IMG/VR virus record: IMGVR_UViG_3300032246_000393
Coordinates: 3,329 to 67,328 of that record
Source of the DNA: a virus
Direction: 5' to 3' (one strand)
Length of the DNA: 64,000 nt
Positions 26,134 through 35,200 of the stretch are shown here, one piece after another. A model generated the notes under the pieces. That model was given only the letters and a program-made list of their open reading frames with translations. It ran no database searches and was not told the origin of the DNA. How positions within the stretch are numbered: position 1 is the stretch's first letter; each line of letters opens with the position of its first letter. Position numbers and translations under genes: made by a program.

Positions 26134-28983
26134 ATGCCTACTTTTGACCTACTTGACGCTGTACTACCCCCTGAAGGGCGGTATTGCGTACTGGGGGTAG
26201 GTAAGTATGTAGACCAGACATTCTGGAATACACGCAAAGAAGTTGAGGCACAAACACAAAAGTTGGTTGATGGAGGCTTTGATGCGTACTTTGGTTGCGC
26301 AAAGTTTGGAGCCGCTAATAACCGCACACACAGTAACGCCCAACATTTCCGTGCGCTATGGATGGATATTGATTGTGGGCCGACTAAAGGTGTCCCTAAC
26401 GAAAAAGGAATTATCCAAGGCTACCTGACCCAAGAGGAAGGGATGGTTGAGTTCCGGAAGTTTTGCAAGGCGTACAAACTGCCTCGGCCTATATTGGTCA
26501 ACTCCGGATATGGAATACATGCGTACTGGCTACTTGAAGAAACTATCAACCGCCAAATGTGGGAGCCGTTGTCTAATCGGCTATGTGAACTTTGTGTTGA
26601 ACATGGGTTGATCGTTGACCCATCTGTGTTTGAAGCTTCTCGCGTACTGCGAACCCCCGGAACTAAAAACTTTAAGTACAGCACCGAAGCTGACGTGTTC
26701 GTAATGAGTGAAGAAACCACTCGACTGTCTTATGAACACATCAAAGAATTACTAGGCGCACCAGACCCCGCGCCAGAAAAACCTGATTTTCTTCCGTCAA
26801 AGCTAAGCCCTTTGATGGAGTCGATGATGGCAAACAAGGTCAAGAAGTTTAAGACCATCATGATTAAGTCGGCGCACGGTGAAGGTTGTCAACAGCTACT
26901 ACACTGCTACGAGAATCAAGAAAGCATTCCGTACGACTTGTGGCGCTCGGCGTTGTCTATTACTGCGTTCTGTATAGATAAGGACGTAGCTGCACACCGC
27001 ATGTCGGAGAAGTATCCTGAGTACGACGCATCTGAAGTTGAGCGCAAGCTAGATGACTTAGTGCGCACCGGAGGCCCACACCGTTGCACTACGTTTGAAA
27101 AGTACAACCCAACTGGGTGTGACGGTTGCCCCCATAAAGGCGTTATCGTTTCGCCGATAGTATTGGGTGTGGAGATAGCCGAGGCTGACGAAGAAGATAA
27201 CGTGGTAGAAGTGGAAGAAGCGGGGGAAACTCAAACCTATCGTATTCCAGAGTACCCATTTCCTTTCTTCCGTGGCAAGAACGGTGGGGTGTATCGCAAA
27301 CCTGCTGAAGGTGAAGACGACCCTCACTTAGTTTACGAAAATGATTTGTATGTAGTTAAGCGTATGCAAGACCCCGGATCAGGTGAGACGTTGCTGTTTA
27401 GGCTGCACCTACCGAGAGACGGAGTGCGGGAGTTTTCCGTGCCATTAGCAAACGCAGTCGTTAAAGAAAAACTTAGAGATTCATTAGCACCGCATGGCGT
27501 TGCCCCTTCGGGCAAACAGGTAGACTTGTTACTAATGTACGTCATGACGTTTGTGAAGAACCTACAACACCAGAACAAGGCAGAGATTATGAGGACACAA
27601 TTTGGTTGGGTAGACAACAACAGCAAGTTCATACTTGGGGATCGGGAGATCACGAAAGACGGAGTATTCTATAGCCCTCCGTCGGCGGCTACAAAGGACG
27701 TTGCCGAGATGCTGTACCCAAAAGGGGAGTTCGACAAATGGAAAGAAGTATTCAACATGTACGCGCTGCCGGGGTTAGAGCCTCATGCGTTTGCCGCACT
27801 TACAGCTTTTGGTTCTCCCTTGCTAAAGTTTACGGGTTTGAGCGGTGCAATTATCAACGTGATTCACGAGAGTTCCGGTTCGGGAAAATCGACTGCACTT
27901 TATATGTGCAACAGCGTCTATGGTGAGCCGCAAAAGTTAGCGTCTATTTGGAAGGACACATTCAACTCCAAGATGCACCGACTCGGCGTACTGAACAACT
28001 TGCCTAATACGATTGACGAAATAACGAATACTACACCGATGGAGTTCTCTGATCTGTCATACAGCATCAGCCAAGGCCGTGGTAAGAACCGCATGAAAGC
28101 ATCTACTAACGAGATGCGTCTGAATAACACTACGTGGCAAGGCATAACCTTAGCATCGTCAAACGCTAGCTTTTACGAGAAGCTTGGTTCAGCTAAGAAC
28201 TCTCCTGACGGTGAGTCGATGCGTCTGTTGGAATACGCTATCAGACCCAATAGCATTATTGATGTAGCTGTAGGTAAGCAGATGTTTGACCATCAGTTGC
28301 TTGAGAACTTTGGGCACGGTGGGGAAGTGTACGCACAGTGGCTGGTCAACAACCTAGAAGATGCGCAAGCATTACTGGCTAAGGTACAGGCTAGGATTGA
28401 TAAGGCTGTGCAGTTTACTAGCCGAGAGCGTTTCTGGTCGGCAGTGGCGGCATGTAACATCACAGGCGGTTTGATTGCTAGAAGTCTTGGGTTGCACGAC
28501 TACGATATGGCTGCAGTGTACGAGTGGTTATTGAAGATGCTTGGTGAGATGCGCGAAGATATTAAGCCTCCAAAATCCAACCCAGCTATTTTGCTTGGTG
28601 AGTTTATTAACAGCCACATGAACAACGCATTAGTAGTTAATGGCGAGATGGATGCCCGAAGTAACATGGAAGCGATGCCGTTATGGGAGCCGAGGGGCGA
28701 GCTACTGATACGATACGAGCCAGATAATAAGCACCTGTACGTAGCAGCAAAGCAGTTCAAAGACTTTTGCGTCAAGCAGCAGGTTAACTACAAGGCTATG
28801 TTGAAAGAGCTACAAGATGCAAACGTGTTTGTTGAGGGTATGAACAAGCGCATGTCCAAGGGGATGAAGGTTGTCTCCCCTGCTGTTAGGGTGCTTAAGT
28901 TTGATGCCTCTTCAAATGAGTTTATCCAGATGGATGGTTTTATACCGACCAATGAAAATAGAGACAGTCAACTACAACATTGA
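26134..28983 (+). CDS. primase-helicase (AEP/RepB-like primase, Zn domain, DUF927-type helicase)
   Basis: WMDID, SGYGIHAYW, RVLR.PGT.N; C..F......C..C.H; QFGW; Walker A SGSGKST, IDE. Confidence 0.85.
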   Translation: MPTFDLLDAVLPPEGRYCVLGVGKYVDQTFWNTRKEVEAQTQKLVDGGFDAYFGCAKFGAANNRTHSNAQHFRALWMDIDCGPTKGVPNEKGIIQGYLTQEEGMVEFRKFCKAYKLPRPILVNSGYGIHAYWLLEETINRQMWEPLSNRLCELCVEHGLIVDPSVFEASRVLRTPGTKNFKYSTEADVFVMSEETTRLSYEHIKELLGAPDPAPEKPDFLPSKLSPLMESMMANKVKKFKTIMIKSAHGEGCQQLLHCYENQESIPYDLWRSALSITAFCIDKDVAAHRMSEKYPEYDASEVERKLDDLVRTGGPHRCTTFEKYNPTGCDGCPHKGVIVSPIVLGVEIAEADEEDNVVEVEEAGETQTYRIPEYPFPFFRGKNGGVYRKPAEGEDDPHLVYENDLYVVKRMQDPGSGETLLFRLHLPRDGVREFSVPLANAVVKEKLRDSLAPHGVAPSGKQVDLLLMYVMTFVKNLQHQNKAEIMRTQFGWVDNNSKFILGDREITKDGVFYSPPSAATKDVAEMLYPKGEFDKWKEVFNMYALPGLEPHAFAALTAFGSPLLKFTGLSGAIINVIHESSGSGKSTALYMCNSVYGEPQKLASIWKDTFNSKMHRLGVLNNLPNTIDEITNTTPMEFSDLSYSISQGRGKNRMKASTNEMRLNNTTWQGITLASSNASFYEKLGSAKNSPDGESMRLLEYAIRPNSIIDVAVGKQMFDHQLLENFGHGGEVYAQWLVNNLEDAQALLAKVQARIDKAVQFTSRERFWSAVAACNITGGLIARSLGLHDYDMAAVYEWLLKMLGEMREDIKPPKSNPAILLGEFINSHMNNALVVNGEMDARSNMEAMPLWEPRGELLIRYEPDNKHLYVAAKQFKDFCVKQQVNYKAMLKELQDANVFVEGMNKRMSKGMKVVSPAVRVLKFDASSNEFIQMDGFIPTNENRDSQLQH

Positions 28984-29146
28984 TTGGTCTAAGTTCCACA
29001 GGGGGTACTCTATTTTTGTACCCTGCATTGACCATAAGGCGGCTTTTGCTGAAGTACACCGTGTTACAAAAAGGTTAAAGATACCCGTGGTGACTAAAGT
29101 CGTTATAGAGGAAGGAGTGAAAGGGCTAAGAGTTTGGAGAATTTAG
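28952..29146 (+). CDS. small conserved protein, last gene of + arm
   Basis: W..F..G.SIFVPC...GLRVWR. Confidence 0.7.
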   Translation: MKIETVNYNIDWSKFHRGYSIFVPCIDHKAAFAEVHRVTKRLKIPVVTKVVIEEGVKGLRVWRI

Positions 29147-29160
29147 GTTATACTAATTTC

Positions 29161-29220
29161 CGAAAGGTTAGCTCCTTTCTCTCGCTTTTGCCCCCGTGAC
29201 CTCTTCCGGGGGCTTTTTTT
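29161..29220 (+). ncRNA. candidate anti-Shine-Dalgarno small RNA
   Basis: TATACT at 29149-29154; hairpin GAAAGG-TTAGCT-CCTTTC; terminator; GTTAGCTCCTT is the reverse complement of shared RBS AAGGAGCTAAC. Confidence 0.55.
29190..29220 (+). terminator. intrinsic terminator at the convergence point
   Basis: GCCCCCG...CGGGGGC-TTTTTTT. Confidence 0.8.
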
Positions 29221-32200
29221 ACTTGCCTTCCCTAGCCCTTCGTTCCATCACTTCCTTATTGCGTTTATCTATTTCTTTCGTAGCACTCAACGCAGTTTCT
29301 GCAGCTACTGGGATAAACTTCTCATCCACCGGCATACCACTCCACTCTTGGGTAGTAGCCATTTGCTCTTCGCGCTTGTCGATAGAATTAGACAGTTGAT
29401 CGTCGTCGATACCAAACTCTGGATACTTTGTGTTGAACTTTTCAATCTTATCAAGTTGTTTCACATACCCATCAAAGTTACCTGTGCGCTGACCATTGAA
29501 GAACTCTCTAGTAGCATTGTTCATAAGCTTAGTGCGTTCTATCTCAACCCGCTGACGAGCAGAATTAAGTTTAAACGCCACTTGTTGTGGATGCGACAGA
29601 ATGTCTGGACGGAAACCAATAGACTGCCCCAACAACTCACCTGTAGTAAATCCACCCTGCAAGATTAAGTCAGACCCTTTGGTGTCTCTTGCACCTTCAG
29701 TAGCGTACTTGTGCGCCATAATAAAGTTACGTATCAATGCAGGTGACATCTTCTCAATGCCCTTTTGATAGTCCCCGTTACCAAAGGCTTCGTATGCGTC
29801 GGCTAAGGAAAGAATCATTGCAGCCGAGGGGCCAGACTTCTCCATTGCTATAGCTACTGCACTCTCCCTAGCGGTCTTTGTTTCTTTAGTGTCGCGCAAC
29901 CACAAGTCATTCAAGCTAGTGCGAGATGCAATATCAAGTCCAGTGACGTAATTAGCTAAGCCACGGTCTGCAACTTCTACTAACGGTACGCCAGCAATCT
30001 TCATATCACCCAAGACTTCAGGTAGCCAAACGGTGCGCCACCATGTCTCGTAATCCATATCTTTAAACTCTTGCGGCTTGTCTTCATCACGCCACATCCA
30101 ACCAAGTAAGCCCATGACCATACTAAACATAGGTAAGCCAGACGCACCAGCCAAAACTGCAGTCGTGCCGAGAGTGCCAAAGAAAATCTTAGTAGACTCC
30201 CACTTACCTTCTTTGTTTAGTAGCGGCAACATGCGCTTGAAGTTACGCATTAAGAACAGCGTTACATGTAACGGATACATGGTGAACTGCAGGGCTACTT
30301 TACCTAAGCCCTTTTGCATAATCAGTGGGCGGTTGTACTGACCATAGTTACCAAGAGCTTCGTTCGTATCAATAACTGCTTGGTTTACTGACTCATCGTG
30401 TGATTTACCAGCTTTGCGGTTTAGGCGGTACGAAGCTAGATATACCATCTCCCGCGACAGGCGCTCGGTCGAGTGCATCAAACCACCCGTGACCATAGCT
30501 GCACCCCGCTTAGTCATGTTCCATGCCCCGCTAATATCTTCAGTCGGCGTGCTTTTGTACCCAAACATAGCACTGGCATAGGTAGATTGAGACACGTCAC
30601 GACCTAGCATTTCACGGATTGCACGCTTCTCATCATTGGTCATACCTTTAGCATTAGCAATACTTGGAGGTACAAATGACACCGAGCCATCTGGGTTTGT
30701 GCGAAACACACCGTATTGATCCCACACACGCAACATCTTTAGTAACTCACGAGAGCCATTGATCTGCCCATAACGAGACATAAGGATTGGTGCGCCAGTC
30801 TGGAATACGCCAAGTGGTTGCAACAACGCAGAAGATGCACCCGACAGATACCATAGGAACGCTGAACGGTTTAAAAAATCCCCCGTTCTATCTAGTGCAG
30901 TGCGTCTATCAGGACTGAGTTGATTAGTTACGCGAGCTTGCATTTCCGTGATGAACGGTTGCAAATCTTCTCTACCTACGATGGAATCCTGAGCCGCAGA
31001 TAGTGAGTTACGTAGAAGTGGGGCGTACTTAATCTTAGCCAACTGGGTTGCCATCTTAACGCCAGTAGTGGAGAAGTTACGCAACAAGTCAACAGAGAAA
31101 CCTGTGATGTTTTTACGACTAATAAACTGCCGACGGAAGCTTTGCTCCGGCATCGTGGTTAGATAAAGCTGGTATATAGAGTCTTTCAACTCTTCCCGTA
31201 CATCTGGGCTGCTAAAATCTTCTGAGTCGATGATGTCAAACAAACTCTTCAGTAGAGTACTGGAGTTAAACGAGGCACGACGCAAAGTGCCGATGTCGTT
31301 ACCCAACACAAAGTCTTGGTCAGCTTTCAGTTCATCTAAAGAAGTCCGACGCTCTTTCGCCATTGCTTCGGCTGCAGCATCACGCTCAGCCATAGTTTCA
31401 AACGTAAAGAATTGACGGTGTTTGCCAGAGCCAACAGCTAAAAAGAAATCCCCTCGGCGAACCAAAGGTATATAAGGTTTAATCTTTTGGCCTGTCTCGT
31501 ATATCTCACGAATCTTAGCCATCAAACGGTTCTGTGTTTCTGTCGATGTGCGTGAGCTAGCAATCTGCTCGTCAAGTAATTGGGCAAAGTAATCTGACAT
31601 GTTCTGGTAGTGATCCAGAATTAGCTTGTATATCTGCTGCCCTTTAGCCCCCAAGTCTTTGTACATTTGGTCGAGTACAGGACTACGTTCTGTAGCATTA
31701 GGGTCAGATGGATCAACCTGCGCTATCGTTGACGCATACGCAATGTTCTCTAACTTGTTCTTTAGTGTTTTGTCTTCCTTAAACGCTTTGTGTATGGTCT
31801 TAGCCATAATCGCCGACGAGTTCAACAGCTGCTGTGTTAAGCCGCTCATCTTCTCCAACAGCACGTTGGTGTTCATCAACTCAGGTACATACGACGCACT
31901 CCATCGAGCCAAGAACTCTGTAGTCGGTAGTTTAACTAAAGCCAAACGCTGGGCGTAGTTAGCCGTTCTCCATAGCCTACGCATGGTTGGCACAATCTTA
32001 CGTGGGTCACGTAGGGCTTGGAGTATTTTAGATTGACGTGCAGTTTCCTCAGCATCACGACCAATGCGCACTTTCTCAATTGCTATGGCTACTTCTTTAT
32101 CTATTTCTTTTTGCGTCCTTACTGCGTCCGCTCCATCCTCCGCAGTTTCGCCACCAACTCCGGCACCGACGCCGCCTTGTCCAGTACTTTGATAGCTTGG

Positions 32201-35200
32201 CCCAAGGCTTCCGGATATTCCGCGTCCGGATTCTTCTCCTGCATCGCCAGTGCCTGCCATTGCTTGAGCAGCGCTTGCATCTCCGGCTTCGATGGCGCTA
32301 GCGTCTTGGAAGCGGTTTCCACGAGGTTCGATATTTCCATTTTTAAACTCTCCATTTAGGAAGTCAAAGATATTTATGTTTTTTTGAATATGGTCGGTAA
32401 GTCTTTTCTTAGCGTCGGCCAAATCAAATGTTGGGTGCGTTTCCAGCAAATTCATAATAAGTTGCATTTCCGAAGCAAAGCCAGCCCCGTGCCCACGTTC
32501 TCTATGGTGCGCCATTTCATGAATCATTGTGCCTATCATAGACACTGCAACTTGTCGTGAATTACCAGTCAACGAAGTTGTGGCTGGATTGATATACAAC
32601 CCGCTAAACGGCACGCGAATACTTACCCCGTAGTATTCTTTATCTAGACTTACACCTATGGCTTCATTAAGTATGCTTGTAAATTTTCCATTATGTTCTG
32701 TAGCAAGTGCGTTACGCAACTCCATAAAAATGTTGCCAATACCAACTAAGTACTCATCATATTTTTTACCAAATGTCTCACGAGCCACTTCAGACAAAGT
32801 TGCCTGTTTAGTTTCAAACGGACGTTGTATGTGTACCCCACGATCACCTAATCGGTTAATTAAGTACTCTATATTTCTTCCGTGAACTACAGTTCTAACA
32901 GCACCTTCTACTAAGGGGCCAGTTGCTACAAACCGTTTAATAGTACTAGTGGGGTCTTCTTCAACTGTCCAACCTTCTGGTAATTGCGCACGTAAATTGT
33001 CAAGAGTAAGTCCTGATGTAGAAGTAGCGGTTTTTGATAAGGTGTTGTCGTGCACCATCACACGTTTTGTATCAATCTTATTTTGTGGGATTGTTAGTTC
33101 ATCAACGCGAACTACAGTATTTTTAAGGTCATCATCAGTAAGTTCTGGTACAGCACGGCCATTGACATACATAACACCTTCACGAATTTCAACCTTATCA
33201 TCAGGTTTAATCATAGTGAAGGCAGTTGGCGTAGTCGGGGCTTCTGGAACAAGTTCTTCTGGCGCAGTTAATGTACCGTCAGCATTGACGTATTGAATTT
33301 GCCCAAAGCTCTTACTTTCTTCTGCAAGAGATTGCTGTTGGTAAATAACAGTGATGTACTTAAATATTTTATCAAAGTCACTTCGTATAGATGGCGAAAA
33401 CCCTTGACGGTTTAAATCAAATGGGTAACCCGCATCTTCAGGTTTTACTTTAGGGTCTACGTCAATATAAAAGTTACGTTTAATTTTTTCACCGTCCCAG
33501 CCCGGGCGATCTTTAATATTGGTATCAAACTGCCACAAACCATTTGATAAGATATGTGTGTTGTCTCTAGGTAAATAATCTTGTGTTTCTTTTTGGACGT
33601 ACACACGGGCTGTACCCCAATCAAAATTGACGTTGGCAAATGCGGTGTAATCATCAATAGGAAAATTTGCACCAATAGGCAATGTTTTTGGATTGCCGTA
33701 CGCATCTATAGTAACTTCAATATTGTCAAATAGTGGGCTATCCGTAAGTACTTTACTAGTTTCTAATTGCCATGTTTCAAATGGAATATTTTTTTCTTCC
33801 CCAGTAGATGCGTCTTTAAAAGTTTTAGGGATTTGCACAACGATGGTCGTGCCGTGACCGTCAGGGAATGTGCTATCAACATACTGCTTAATTACTTTGG
33901 AGTCGGTAGACGTTGTAATTTTTGGTGCTAGGCTTGGATCATCTAACGCAGCCATAACTTCATCGCCCGTAGTTACCATGCGGGCTAACACACCATCGCG
34001 CAACGATACTACTTCTAGCTTTTCGTTACCAAACAAAAACAACATCTTGGCAATACCTAAACCACCCGATGCACGATCAGTTTCTTTTACAGTACCCGCA
34101 ATTGTAAGAAATTCGTTACCCATTACAGACGCAGGCATGCCAAGGCCGTTATCGGTTACAGTAATAGTGCGAGCCTTTTCGTCTAGCTTAATAGCAATCT
34201 TGCCGTCTGTAAGTTGACCTTTTTCTATTGCGCCTTTAATTGCGTCGAATGAGTTTTGGAATATTTCTTTGATCGACACCTTTGCAATATCGGTTGGATC
34301 ACCGTACAACTTAGCACCTAACAGCGCAGCCAGACGTTTAGCATTTGCCGACGGTTTGGATGTAATCGTTTCTCCTGCAAACCCAGTTGTTGTGTCTTTT
34401 GGTTTACCAAACCCAAATAATGCCATTGGGGACAGACCTTCAGTCAAATCAAGTTGACCGACAGGGCGAGCAGTTAAGATGCTGTCAACTGCAACAAGTA
34501 AATCACCGAGTGCGTTGGTGTCATCTTCAGTCATACCAACCAAGCGACGTAGTGCATCAACAAACATAGACCAGTACGACGTAGTTCCACCAAGAGCACC
34601 AGCAGACTTTAAGAATTGCTGGAACCCTTCATCTGTCATGCCATACGCAATGAACTCACGTGGGTCATCGAATATTTCACCAAACTGAGCCAGTCGAGAA
34701 ATGTTGTCAGGGAGTTTGCCTTGCGACGCAAGTTCGTTAAACCTATCTCCAGCGTTGTTCATTATCTGGATTAAGTCTTCTGTAGCACGTACAAGCTGAG
34801 TGCCCTTGTGTAGACCTTTGCTAATAGCTTGTCGGCCTAGCTCTACTTTCTTATTGGTAGTCGCGTGCCACAACTCATGCAGCATCGTAATGTTGTTAAC
34901 GCCTTGCGCATCGCCAAAGGAAGCACCGCGCACATAAATAGTTTTAGCCCCGGTTGCGTAGTTCTCAATAAACATAGCACGTGCACGATCCCAGCTACGC
35001 TGATGCTCTGGGGTTTTAGTTATGCCTTCTGGAAGCGGATCGTTAGCTTCAACAACTACAATCTTGACGTTACCTACAAAGCTACGCAGACGTTTAGCCA
35101 ACGCTTTTTGGAAATCATTACCTGTCTTAATGATCTGAGTAATGGCTTGCGCACCGTTAGTAACTTTGCCAAGTTTTGGATCAGCTACGGTTTGAGCCGC

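Noticed and set aside
29162-29180. AAAGGAGCTAAC as an RBS for a - strand gene
   Set aside because: No start codon at usable spacing downstream on the - strand, which supports the + strand antisense interpretation
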